From assembly GCA_964106645.2 (NCBI GenBank), contig OZ067043.1: 64,000 bases of DNA; one strand, written 5' to 3'. How positions within the stretch are numbered: the stretch's first letter is position 1; each line of letters starts with the position of its first letter. Positions 37,576 through 49,822 of this stretch are shown here, piece after piece. Source of the stretch: Podarcis pityusensis. Its lineage: Eukaryota. A program made the position numbers and the translations under genes. The notes under the pieces are model-generated. The model was not told where the DNA came from, ran no database searches, and saw nothing but the letters and a program-made list of their open reading frames with translations.

Positions 37576-38045
37576 ATCTATCATCTATCTATCATCTATA
37601 TTCAAGGCAAACAAATGCAGGACTATACTTTAAAACATTTTCTTTAAAGGCAAACAGCTTGCCTCAAGAACAGACTGAATACCACATGAGTGTTTTGATG
37701 AGCTGGTGTTTAGGTCTATAACTTCGCTTGCAAAGAATTTGCTGTGAGACATGTTTTCATACTGCACCTTCCTTCTGCGGCTGCCTGCCTATTTGATGCC
37801 AGTTCAGAAGCTCTCGGAGCTGGCTGCCATCTAGAAAACTGCTTGCTACTAGCATAGCAGTTCCACAGCCTTCAGGAAGGTGTCACTATCCCAGAGCATT
37901 TGGCATGGATTTGAGACCATAGTCTAGCATGATCTTAGCGCTCACTTGATGAGGATCAGAGATCTGTCTCTTAAAGGGCATTTTACTGCCTCTCTGCTGC
38001 CTCTGTGCAATTCTTTTTAATTGTTGCATCTGGAATGACAGACCA

Positions 38046-38303
38046 ACCCTCCAACATTGCTGGGTTGCCCCAGCCAATCTGGGCAGCTTCCAACATATAT
38101 AAAAACACAGTAAAACTGTAAAAAAAACCCTTCCTTATTCAGGATTGCTTGGGAGTCAGATATTTCCATACCCTCCAACATTTCTGCAGTGAAAATAGAT
38201 ATATCCTAAGGAAAAGCAGGACATTCCGAGATCAAATCAGAAACCATGATGGCTTCTCTAAATCAGGTACATCCCTGGAAAACAGGGACACTTGGAGGGT
38301 CTG
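38046..38303. mobile_element. Composite hAT MITE abutting the CTH exon 11 acceptor
   Basis: Right TIR TTGGAGGGTCTG; left-type ends ACCCTCCAACATT at 38046 and CATACCCTCCAACATT at 38167; TSD acagacca / acagacta. Confidence 0.75.
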
Positions 38304-38325
38304 ACAGACTATTGTTCTTGTTTAG

Positions 38326-38464
38326 TGCCATCATGACTCATGCCTCAGTCCCAAAGGCAGACAGAGAAGTCCTTGGGATCTCGGATACGTTAATCCGCAT
38401 GTCTGTCGGTTTAGAAGACTCGGAAGACTTGTTAGAAGATCTGGACCAAGCTTTGAAGGCCGCG
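38326..38464 (+). CDS. CTH: CTH exon 11 (AIMTHASVPKADREVLGISDTLIRMSVGLEDSEDLLEDLDQALKAA)
   Basis: 139 nt; MTH and IRxSVGLE motifs. Confidence 0.97.
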
Positions 38465-38797
38465 GTAAGTGATTTCAGTTACGGAGAAATGTAGGGGTAT
38501 GTTTTTGCTTTTTAGCTCCCCCCATTGCTTTAGAAGTCAATAGTAATTCTGATGAATCCTCAAGTTACATTTGTCAGATAGCTTGACAGAACACAGCTAG
38601 TAGCAAGAAGTGAAATGTTTTTGCAGTAAGCTCCTGTACTATATCTTACTATACATACTATATAGGTCCATGATTACTGAGCAGGCTAGCTGAACATATT
38701 AGTGAGGTGTTGGGGCTAGGTCCCTGCCCCCCTCCATGCCATGCGCACATTCCAATTTATATTCACACGTAGCCCATACACTACTATAAATACACAT

Positions 38798-39153
38798 AAA
38801 GGTAAAGTAAAGGGACCCCTGACCATTAGGTCCCGTCGTGGCCGACTCTGCGGTTGCGGCGCTCATCTTGCTTTATTGGCCGAGGGAGCTGGCATACAGC
38901 TTCTGGGTCATGTGGCCAGCATGACTAAGCCGCTTCTGGTGAACCAGAGCAGCACACAGAAATGCCATTTACCTTCCCGCCGGAGCTGTACCTATTTATC
39001 TACTTGCATTTTGACGTGCTTTCAAACTGCTAGGTTGGCAGGAGCAGGGACCGAGCAATGGGAGCTCACCCCGTCACGGGGATTCGAACCGCCAACCTTC
39101 TGATCGGCAAGTCCTAGGCTCTGTGGTTTAACCCACAGAGCCACCCATGTCCC
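38798..39153 (-). mobile_element. Sauria SINE, full length
   Basis: Reverse complement of the 12707 copy; flanked by ataaatac repeats. Confidence 0.92.
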
Positions 39154-39937
39154 CATAAATACATAAATACACAAATACACATATAGGCACACTATTCCAG
39201 GGGCTACCAGCCTTCTGAGGCCAGTAGGCCCATTTTGAATTTGGGTATAACCCAAAATGGCTGCCACGGGGGCCATGATATAATGGCAGATGCGTTGAAA
39301 AGAACAGCAGACGAGGCACAACCACAAAGAGGTTGCAGATGGGGGCCGGGGAGGCATCTACATCAGTCACCACTGCACTTACATCCAGAGGGAAGCTCTT
39401 TTGCACTTCTGCTCTGCTCAGAATAGGAGGAAGGTGGGTGTCCAGTCCTGGAAGTCAATGAAATTTGGTCATGTTTAAGGGGGCACCCTCAGTGTAAGAG
39501 CGACTGAGTCAGTGCAAACAAGGAACTGAGCAGGAAGAGCAAATCATTTCTAGTACAACTGTGGATTTCTGAGGGGATATTTACTAGACCTGTTGCAGGT
39601 GCCATAGGACTCATGCCTACCAAGCATGAGAACTTGACAAAAAGGGATTACCTGAGTGGTAATGGCACTGAAGATTATCTTTAGGCTAAATGACTGACAA
39701 AAATCATGCTGAATTTTACTAACAACTACACTTCTTTTGCAAAGTGACTAAGTTGCCTTTGTCTGCTGACTTCCTCATTTTTCTGCCAGATTCTTTCCCC
39801 TCTAACATAGCAGAAAAAGGCAGCTGGGAGTTTGGATGAGTAGCATAGTGTGTACCAGTATGAATCCGATCTGCAATTAAGTTGAGTCATTTAAAGAACA
39901 ATAGTGATAAAATTTCTCTTGCTTTCTCTTGCCACAG

Positions 39938-39964
39938 ATTCCCGATTACAGAATCTATAACTAG
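39938..39964 (+). CDS. CTH: CTH exon 12 coding part (IPDYRIYN*)
   Basis: Strong polypyrimidine tract followed by cacag|; 27 nt to TAG. Gives a 405-aa protein, the length I recall for human CTH. The peptide itself is not conserved. Confidence 0.75.
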   Translation: MPDYRIYN

Positions 39965-40307
39965 GAGTCTTGACATCACATTTAATTCCTGCACATCTGT
40001 AATACAAATGAACTGGATGATCAGCTGCTCATGAACTTCCATTGGATTAGATTTCCTGCTGAAAATGAAAAAGTTGATGTTTTTGACGCCCGGAAAGGAA
40101 GCCTAGAATACTTGTTGACTCCACAACCCCCTTTTTTCCAAGAAGTGTCTTCCGAGGTCATCTCCTCATTGTCTGATTCCTTTGATTTAAAAACAAAAAG
40201 AAAGCCATATTTCTTGACAGCAGTAGTTCCCAGGTGACCGTGGTCCACACTCAGGAAGATTGTGCCCAATCACACATATTTATATTTAAATATAAATATA
40301 TTTAAAT

Positions 40308-40870
40308 TAGTGTGGCATAATAGCTAAAAGACTGTGCTGTAAATCAGGAAGTCCCTGGTCTGAATCTTGCCTTAGGGTAGGGTTACCAGACTTCCCCAGT
40401 TCCCGGGGACAGTCCCCGGATTTGCAGATCTGTTCCCAGGAAACATGGCAGCCTCAGCAGCCCAGAGCCAGCCTGGTAGCACAGTTGGCTCTGGCTGGCT
40501 TCAGGAGCTGCTCGCTGCCATGGTGCCTGCCATTTTTCCTCGCTGAAAGTCCCCATATGATGTATCTTGTGCGCAACAGTTTTTAAAAACTGTGCATTTA
40601 TGTTTCACAGGGTGCAAAAATAGGGCTTTGCACCTTTATACAATATGCATGTGTGCCTGGGCCCATGGTCTTTTGCCTCACCATCCCCATTACTGACTCC
40701 CCGTTGCTACTCAGCTTCAAAAAAAAAAAGTGTCCCCAGATTCATTGAAAAAAAATCTGGTAACCATATCTTAGGGAAGCCAGTCTCTCTCAGCCTCAGT
40801 TTCCCCCCATCCACAATACTGGGTTATTGTAGGGATCACAACTAGCTAATGTTTATGAAGTGCTCTGAAG
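40308..40870 (+). mobile_element. Old MIR/CORE-like SINE in the CTH 3' UTR, split by a hAT MITE
   Basis: tRNA-like head (AGTGTGGCATAATAGCTAA...CCTGGTCTGAATC) and CTCTCAGCCTCAGTTTCCCC core after the MITE. Confidence 0.6.
40378..40768. mobile_element. hAT MITE within the CTH 3' UTR
   Basis: TIRs TAGGGTTACCAGA / TCTGGTAACCATA; TSD ccttaggg / tcttaggg. Confidence 0.87.
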
Positions 40871-41141
40871 TCTTGAAATGGCTATGCCAATATTATTATA
40901 CTTGATTATTTTGATAGAAAATTGCCATTATGCCAGCATACTTGGTTGTTTCTTGTCACTTATACATGCTGCTGATTTATTTTATTGTTTTTAAACGTTA
41001 ATAACCGACTTGGAAAAAAGACTGCTGCATATACCAAGTGTGGATTTTAGATTGGTTCCCACTGTTTTTCTCCTGTGCAATATTGGAAAATGAAGCAAAA
41101 AATCAGTTGCATGGCACCCTATGCAATAGGTTTTTATCTAA

Positions 41142-41151
41142 AATAAATAAA
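41142..41151 (+). terminator. Probable CTH polyadenylation signal (overlapping AATAAATAAA); 3' UTR about 39965-41170
   Basis: AATAAA hexamers followed by T/GT-rich sequence. Confidence 0.65.
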
Positions 41152-41436
41152 TATTGAATTTGCTTTGGTTTCTGCTTTTAATTTCTGTTAATATAGATCT
41201 AATCAAACTCTACAATCCTATGATTCCATAACCATCTTTTAGTTACATTTTTGTTGTTGGTGGTTCTAGTTGTTTTTGGTTTTTTTTACAACATTCAAGA
41301 TTTTTTTCCACAAAAGACACGATTTTCATCATCATTTGCACTGTTTTTATCAGTTTTATAAAGTTAATTATTGCTTGGGCCAATTTCTCTGAAGAAACTA
41401 ATAGGAGGAATGCTTGGTTAAAAGCTCAATATTATA

Positions 41437-41665
41437 CAGTGGTACTTCGGGTTAAGTACTTAATTTGTTCCAGAGGTCTGTTCTTAACCTGAAACTGTTC
41501 TTAACCTGAAGCACCACTTTAGCTAATGGGGTCTCCTGCTGCTGCCGCGCCGCCAGAGCACGATTTCTGTTCTCATCCTGAAGCAAAGTTCTTAACCCAA
41601 GGTACTATTTCTGGGTTAGCAGAGTCGTATGTAACCTGAAGCGTATGTAACCCGAGGTACCACTG
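41437..41665 (+). mobile_element. Tigger-like MITE
   Basis: TA TSD, CAGTGGTAC TIRs, same interior as the other copies. Confidence 0.93.
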
Positions 41666-41750
41666 TATAGGCAGAATATTTTTCTGTGGGTGTGGCTGCA
41701 TCAGATTCATTTGCAACTGACCTTACATGTGGGTTTGCTTTAACTAAGCC

Positions 41751-41890
41751 CAGTGTCTTTTTCCCCTGGGGGTATGCATACCCTTAAACATTTTGTGAAT
41801 CTAAGTTTGGCCTCATTGAGGGGCAGTATTTCGATATGAGTAGGAAAATGAGAGTACCCCTAAACACATTTTTATAGGAAAAGAGCACCG
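41751..41890. mobile_element. hAT MITE
   Basis: Perfect 8-bp TSD ACTAAGCC; imperfect CAGTG TIRs. Confidence 0.82.
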
Positions 41891-42834
41891 ACTAAGCCTA
41901 TGGTTTGTCCAGTAGTCACACTTGCTTTTCTGGGAACTGGTTCCTTTGCATGCCTTAGGCTGTTTTGCTGTCTTTAATGGTATACCATAGCCTAGGTGTT
42001 ATAAGTAGAGACAATATTTGATGTCTGTGGGATGAAATTTTGGAGCCATCCTAATCCTTAATACTCTCAGTGTGGAAGAGTTCCTAGCTAGGAACATATG
42101 CACAGATCTGTTCCCCCACCCCCACCCCATGGATGCTTTCTATGCTTGCAGTTTTATACTGCAAGAGTCAAACCACAAAAATATCCTGTAGACAGAGTGA
42201 CTGGACTGCAAGAAAGCTGATCTGATACTGCGCAAGCCACCTAGGTACAAGTGAGAGGTATGTTACTCACCTCAAACCAAACGCCCCCTTTTGGAACTCC
42301 TGAGAAGTGAAGGGAATTTCACAAGTGAAATTCTGTGGGGAGGTTTATCCAAGGGAGATGTGGATAATACCACTTATCTTTTGCCAGATGGCATGTGGGT
42401 ATTTGGGCGATGCCTCTACATCCCAAGCGCAGCAAACTGAAACTTCAATAACGAACCCAACCCCCCCCCCCGTTGCAATAAGAACCAATCACAACAATAC
42501 AAACATAACACGTTAGTAGAGAATATATAATAGAATAATGATATCATTCAAATTCTAGGAAAAAGCCAATCAAAGTTCATATCTACAATATAACAGTGGT
42601 AGTGAGGACCGTCAAGCGGTGTGTTCAAAATAGATGTTTAAGGACAGTCTCACAACAGTCTTTCAAAAGTTTCAACAGAAGACGTCTCAAAAGTTTCAAA
42701 AGTAAAGCCTATCAATAGTCTTTCAAAAGTTCCAATGGAAGTTTTTATTACGTCTGCTGTGGAGGACTTGCCAAACACAAAACTGCTTTACAGCAGCATT
42801 GTGAGGTTGTATAAACAAACCAGTGATTATAGTA

Positions 42835-43060
42835 CAGTGGTACCTCTGGTTAATAACTTAATTTGTTCTGGAGGTCCGTTCTTAACCTGAAACTGTTCTT
42901 AACCTGAGGTACCACTTCACCTAATGGAGCCTCCTCCTCCTGCTGCGCCGCTGGAGCACGATTTCTGTTCTCATCCTGAAGCAAAGTTCTTAACCTGAGG
43001 TACTATTTCTGGGTTAGCGGAGTCTGTAACCTTAAGTGTCTGTAACCTGAGGTACCACTG
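42835..43060 (+). mobile_element. Tigger-like MITE
   Basis: TA TSD, CAGTGGTACCTC TIRs. Confidence 0.93.
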
Positions 43061-43502
43061 TATTACACACACTGCTTGATAAAATGACTGGGGGGGGGGA
43101 GATTCTTTTTTCTCTATTTCTCTTTAATGGTACCAAATCCTGCTAAGATTTGCATATCCCTGAGGAAAAAAGAGCATTGAAAAACATAAGGGAGAAAACA
43201 ATGTCATTAATTTCTGCTTTGGCTTGCTTCCCTGGTGATGAGCTGCCTAGACAGTGGTGGCTGGGATAGGTCAAGCAGAGAAGGGAAGTCAACAGGAGGT
43301 GGAGCCCCAGCCCCAGCCCATGACTGGCAGAGTCAGCTTAGTCTAGCCATGTCCTCCTTCTCCTCCCCACCCCTCCTGCTGAGTTCTGCAAGGGCCAATC
43401 CTAAAGCTAAGTAGTGCCACTCCTTTCATTGCTTCTAAGAAAGAAGGCAGGCAAGTAGGCGCTGGCTGAAGGCAGACTGAGGTTAATAGGGCAGTATGGA
43501 AA

Positions 43503-43940
43503 ACACTATATCTCAGTGGTAGAGCACCCACCTTGCATGCAGAAGGTCTCAAGTTCAATTCCTGGCATCTCCAGGTAGGCCTGGGAGAGACTTCTGTTGG
43601 AAACTTGGGAGAGTCACTGCCAGTCGCTGTACAGCAGTACCTCAGGTTAAGTACTTAATTCGTTCCGGAGGTCCGTTCTTAACCTGAAACTGTTCTTAAC
43701 CTGAAGCACCACTTTAGCTAATGGGGCCTCCTGCTGCCACCATGCCGCTGGAGCACGATTTCTGTTCTCATCCTGAAGCAAAGTTCTTAACCTGAAGCAC
43801 TATTTTTGGGTTAGCGGAGTCTATAACCTGAAGCGTATGTAACCTGAAGCGTATGTAACCCGAGGTACCACTGTATATAATACTGAGCTAGATAGACCAG
43901 CCATCTGACTCGCTATAAGGCAGTTTCCTATGTTTCTATG
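43503..43940 (+). mobile_element. tRNA(Ala)-like SINE with CR1-like tail, interrupted by a Tigger-like MITE
   Basis: CTCAGTGGTAGAGCA...TGCATGCAGAAGGTC...GTTCAATTCCTGGCATCTCCA head; TTCCTATG tail. Confidence 0.75.
43632..43873 (+). mobile_element. Tigger-like MITE
   Basis: TA TSD, family TIRs and interior. Confidence 0.93.
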
Positions 43941-44270
43941 CCCCACTTGCTCAAATGGGCCAGCCTCCATTGTGCCTTGATCTGAAATAGTCCACTTTGG
44001 AGAGAGAGGAAGTATTAGGACTGAATCTTCCAGATTAGTTGGGGGAAAATTACATTATGGAGTAGGGTCCAGATGAGAAACTGTGAGCCTCCAGATGTAG
44101 GAAGGCAAGATAAGCAAAGTGAGAACGAAACTCTAGATGTAAAGGTAAGGTAAAGGACCCTACGGTTAAGTCCCATCAAAGGCGACTATGGGGTTGTGGT
44201 GTTCATCTCGTTTTCAGGTCAAGGGAGCCGGCGTTTGTCCACAGCTAGCTTTCCGGGTCATGCCGCAAGC

Positions 44271-44975
44271 CAGGGCCATCTTTACCTGGGGGTGCAAGGG
44301 GTGCAGGGCACCCGGGCGCTGAATTCTGGGGGGTGCCAGGAACCCGCTGCTGTAGCCGCCTAACATCTTAAATATCTACCTGTTATGAAATAATAAATAA
44401 TTTTGATCAAGCTAGAAAAACAAAATACATATATACCTGTGTGTACTGTAGTGTAGTGGTTAAGAGCGGTGGACCCATAATCTGGTGAACCTTGTTCGAT
44501 TCCCCACTCCTCCACATGCAGCTGCTGGGTGACCTTGGGCTAGTCACACTTCTTTGAAGTCTCTCAGCCCCACTCACCTCACAGAGTGTTTGTTGTGGGG
44601 GAGGAAGGGAAAGGAGAATGTTAGCCGCTTTGAGACTCCTTAAAGGGAGTGAAAGGCGGGATATCAAATCCAAACTCCTCTTCTTCTTCTTCTACCTAGG
44701 TATTACCAAAACGTATACCTACTGTTTCACTAAAGGACTTTCAACTTTGTGCGCTCATTTACCAAAGATGTGCCACGCCAGCAGCGGCGCTTGTCATTCA
44801 CAATGGTGGGGCTTGTCAGACAGACCCAACGACGGCGCTTGTCATTCTCAACGGCACTGTGAACGCAAAATTAACTCTTACATCATAATAAAAGTTAATT
44901 TGGGGGCTAAACTCAATTTGGGGGTGCTGGGCGGATCTTTGCAACCCAGTGGCACATATGCTAAAGACTGCGCTG
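44271..44975. mobile_element. Non-autonomous hAT element
   Basis: Ends CAGGGCCATCTTTA / TAAAGACTGCGCTG; 8 extra bp of diverged SINE target on the left. Confidence 0.75.
44445..44692 (+). mobile_element. Squam3-like SINE inside the hAT element
   Basis: Matches the 1727-1989 copy; (CTT)n tail. Confidence 0.87.
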
Positions 44976-47900
44976 TGGTCAGCATGACTAAACCGCTTCT
45001 GGCGCTACGGAACACCATGATGGAAACCAGAGCTGCAGCAGTCCCTGTTTGTCTACTTGCACTGGTGTGCTTTTGAATTGCTAGGTTGGCAGGAGCTGGG
45101 ACAGAGCAATGGGAGCTCACTCCGTTGTGGGGATTCAAATCACAGTCCTTCTGATTGGGAAGCCCAAGAGGCATGGTGGTTTAGACCACAGCGTAGATGA
45201 TGAAGTAAGGTTTAGCAGGCCCAACCTATTTCAGTTTAATCCTTCAGGAACATTATAAAGGGTTGGTTTAGTTTATTAGATTCATTTTTCACTTCACACA
45301 AGCAAAAAGGGCCCCAAAGCAATTCACAGGGGAAGTAAAATGCAAAATGACACAATAAAAATATCAGTTAAAACGATATACTAAAAAGCATTCATCCAAA
45401 AATCATGCTGAATCACAATATTTGGCACAAAAGGAAGCACCAGAAACTGCTACTAACTGAAAGTAGAATGTCAAAGAAACAAACCTACCCTAAACTAAGG
45501 AAAACAACTTCTCAGTGACTCGGCTCTCAACCAGTCCGGTGGCAACTAATTCTCCCATATGAATGCATCTAGGAGCCCTTGTTGTTGGGGGTGGGGGTGG
45601 GAAGAGAGCTTTGCCAGTAATAAATAAGGCAGCTTTGGGAGGGGGGTGATTTTCCTCAGGAAGACAACAGAAGGGAACATTAAAAAACTCTTCCCTCCTC
45701 AAACCTGCCCCCTGTGGTTCTGCCACTGTTCAGGACCCCCTGCTGCTGCTATTTGCATTTTTAAAACATGCATTAAAGTAGCATCTCGTTTGGCCCACAG
45801 AGTTTTTAATGTTAAACCATATACAGAAAGGTGCAGAACAGTGCCATGTATATATGAATTGAAGATGTATTAATAACATTTCTAACTGGCTGGCATGAGG
45901 TGAGATTAGTGAGGGATTGCTATGACGAACTTGCCATAACTTGCCATGCTACATTATTTTGAGCAATGCAAATGTAATCATATTTTAATTGCTCGCTGAA
46001 GCATGCAAAGTTAACGAGGCTTGCTTTTCTGCCTATATTCTGTGACAGCTATTATTGCTCAGTGAATTTCAAGCTTTCTGGGGTATTTCATAGCTGAGTA
46101 GCATAGCATCCTGTTAGCCAATAAAAAAATGGCAAATGTAACCTAGATAACTTGGAGTTCATAATGCCTTTTGTTTTTAAATTGGTTTGATAATGGGGGA
46201 TGCTTATTCCTATCAGCTCTGTTTCCATGGCAGCAGAAAGCCTCTTTAAACTTGGAAGGCATATAGGATAAATTATTGAAGCTCAGAGCCTATGGCATTA
46301 CACTAATGGCTTTTACTAGTAACTTCAGAGACTATAGGACCACTGCTCTCCTACTAAATATGCAAAGTAAGCCTGGTACCTTTTCACTGTTGAACTCCTG
46401 GAGTTGAGCGCGGTGCTTGTACGGTACCATTCATTTTACAAAACCATAACAGGTCTCTATAAAATCCAGTAGAGTGTATTCCGGTAAATTTCCATCTGTG
46501 CAATTTATGCAGATATGCGGTAATCTCAGAGCCCATGAATCATATCCATGACTACCTAAGATAAGCAGTTACCAAACCTTTGGGCCTTTCCTACCTGGGC
46601 AGGAAGGAAATAAGTAAATGCTGTCTTTTACAGTCAACGCGATGCTTAGATTTTACATCCTGATTCTAAATAAATGGACTTGAATGCAGTGATGCCTTGT
46701 GCAAGCAGAAACGCACGTTAGCTTGCAGAAGACAATCCACCCTGGTCCCCATTTGTCTCATCACATGATGTTCAAGAGGGATTTCCTATCACATAAAGTT
46801 CTTTTAAGTTCTCTGTCTTGCTGACAGGGCACTGGGAAGGTCTCCTGAGATCTTGAATGGCCCCATGAGACCATTGGTCCATCTGGTAGTGGTTCTCTAG
46901 GGTTTCAGACAGCTGCACCTGAAGATGCAGGGGGTTGAATCCGAGACCTTATGCATGTAAAGCAGCTGCTGTCCCACTGTTATGACCTTTCAAAGATGCT
47001 CTGCCACCGAGCTGCAGTCCAACATATCTGAAACAGAAGTCAGGACTTGACTGAGGTTTATCACACACCCTTCAGCCACAAACACTGGCACACTCTTTCC
47101 GTAACAGAATTTCAACAGATTTTTAGATATGAACCACCCATACAACCCTGAACAGATCATGATCCTGCTTTATCCTTTCTCAAGTCACCCTTCAATCTGG
47201 GTGCTGAATTAACGGGAACATAAAAAGAGGACCAACGTCTGCATTCAATAGTGCGTTCAAATAACTTCATAACAAATATCTGAATGACATGCTATATTTA
47301 AATTCAAGTTCAAAGCAGGGAATGCAGGTCAGCAGGCAACACAGAACATTATACAGAAAGATTTGTCTTACAAGGGAAGGGTAAAATAATAAAGGTGAAA
47401 GCCTTTGCACAGTTACTGGATCCTTTGTACCGAAAGCCACTGACATATTAACTCAAGCCATAGAGCAGATGTGAGGAACCTTGGGCCCTCCAGATGTTGC
47501 TGAACTGCAGCTCCCATCATTCCTGGCCACTGGTCAGACTTGCCGGGGATGATGGGAGTTGTAGTGCAGCCAAAAGTTCCATTCTCTTGCTGTGGAATGA
47601 CTTATGGTTGTCTCCCACCTTGGTTTAAAAACCTGGAAGTAGGATCAGAGACAGTGGGAAGTCCGTTCACAAACAGTTTTCAAACCATCATTCACTCCTA
47701 AATTGAAGCAAAAAAAACAAAGGAAGAGTGAAAATAGCACCTCATTTCCTGGAGTCTGTCAGCTGAAGTCCCTCCCACCCCAAGTAACATTTGCTTTTAA
47801 TTGTCTGTCCTGTCTCTTACTAATCCATGTACCATGTTAGTCAGACGCTGTTCTTAGAAATGGACAGCTTTGACTTATAGGAAAGTTTCTAAAATAGAAA

Positions 47901-49498
47901 TGCAAAGGTAATTTGTCACAATTAAGTGGCACTTATTTATATGCCTCTTGTCGAGCCCTACGGTGGAGTTTCCATTGCAGTACATCAACTCTCTAGCACT
48001 AAGCCGACCAGCCACTGACTGTCACTGTTAGGCTATTAAATGGAAATATATATAAGGTGCTTTATCGTCTTCATACCAATCTAAATCTGCTGCTGGACAG
48101 AACTTCAAGCTAGGAGTCCTGAGCATCCATCATATTTATGATTCAAGCATGTGGGACTGTATTTGAGCAGATGTTAGTGCATTGCTATATAGTGTGCTAA
48201 GTATATTAGTTACGGTTCTGTGAAATATAATAATGAATGCTGATTTGTCACAGGCATTACCAAGTGTTTGTTTCACATTTCCCCTTATCTTCCATAGCTT
48301 GCAGCATCCTATTTTTGAAAAAGCAATTTTCTACTTATTCCCTTTTGTTGCTTGCCACTTATAAAAATACTGATTGCCTCCCTTTTTATACTATATAAAC
48401 CCATGCAATTTACTGATAAGCCACATGGATCTTACTATTTAGAAAGTGAGTTTATAGCAACTTCAGTTTCCTGGGGCGGCGGGGAGAGAACATTGTTTTA
48501 TAGTTAGTTTCACTGTAAATAATGGAGTCCACTAATTAAATAGCCTTATTCAGATTGTTTTTTTCACATGAGAGGCTTAACTCAGATCCTTAAATCTGAC
48601 TTCACTTCAGCTTTTATATTCTGCTTCAACAGCACAAAGGCATGGCAATAGGTCAGTGTTATTCAGATGGCTCTATTATATGTTTTAGGTACTCCTAGGT
48701 ATTTCAGTGACGCACAATCAAAAGTGATATTATTTTGCTTTCTAATGCCCCAAACTCAGGCCTGTTGAATAAACCATGAACTCCCTTTGGCTTGACATTA
48801 TTTTCCAATAGAAGGCAGAGCACGCTTGTAGGTGTCTCAGCAAGTTGGAAGTGATGTGAGGGTTGTCAGCAGGAGTTTCTCCCGTGCCCATGATGACCTC
48901 TGATCGCTGGTGTTTTGGGAACCATGATTTCAATACTGGCAGAAGTGAGCTCTGGCCTATTACACATTTGTACAGATGGCCAATTAAAGCACAGATAAAT
49001 TAACATTTGCTTTGGATGTCTCCAAAAGCCCAGAGAAGTTAACATTTGATTTGTAAATATTGAAAAGAGCATAAGCAGCAGCTTTCAGTATTTCCAAGGA
49101 CATTCAGAGTATAGAACCAAAGTCAGAATAGATCTTCAGAGATGCTGTGAATGGAGTGTATTCAGGCCACCCATTTTAAAGGTTACTTAAAAGTCTTGAC
49201 TCTCATAATATTTAAGAAATGCCAGTTGCCAGTACTTTAAACCCAACTCAAAGCAACCTACTCTGACCATTATTTTAAAGGCAAACTTGCTGCAGAAAAT
49301 CCTGTCAAAATTTACTTTTCATTTTCTTCCAAGACCTAAAAGTTAATCCTGCTCTGCTGGAGATGTAAAGTCCAATTTACAATATTTTCTGAGAGAAAAA
49401 GAGGGAGGTACTAGAAGCTGATTACTGGCAATGTAGAACTGGGAAGTTAAATGCCAGGTTCTTATACTGATGTCTATGTATTTAGAGGAATGCTGCTC

Positions 49499-49499
49499 T

Positions 49500-49530
<31 letters not shown>
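49499..49530. repeat. (TG)n microsatellite (others: (CCA)n 5583-5611, (TACA)n 17041-17065, (TG)n 54510-54542)
   Basis: Seen directly. Confidence 0.9.
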
Positions 49531-49686
49531 AATGTATTATTTAACGTTACAGCAGAAACACAACAGCTGAGTTTGAGGGGTGTAAAATGGCTGGGAAATG
49601 GTTCTTGTCATTTACACACAACCCTAACAGAATCAGTCATAACTGTTAAGAATTACTGTCAGGTAAGCAAAATACATACTCTAATG

Positions 49687-49822
49687 CAGGCTTCCTCAAA
49701 CTTGGCCCCCCAGATGTTCTTTGCCTACAACTCCCATGATCACTAGCTAGCAGGACCAGTGGTCAGGGATGATGGGAATTGTAGTCTCAAAACATCCGGA
49801 GGGCCGAGTTTGAGGAAGCCTG
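49687..49822. mobile_element. Palindromic hAT MITE
   Basis: TIRs CAGGCTTCCTCAAACT; perfect TSD CTCTAATG. Confidence 0.92.

Larger units (their letters stand above)
44140..45193 (-). mobile_element. Sauria SINE split by a nested hAT element
   Basis: SINE halves at 44140-44270 and 44976-45193 are colinear; flanking tagatg duplication. Confidence 0.85.
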
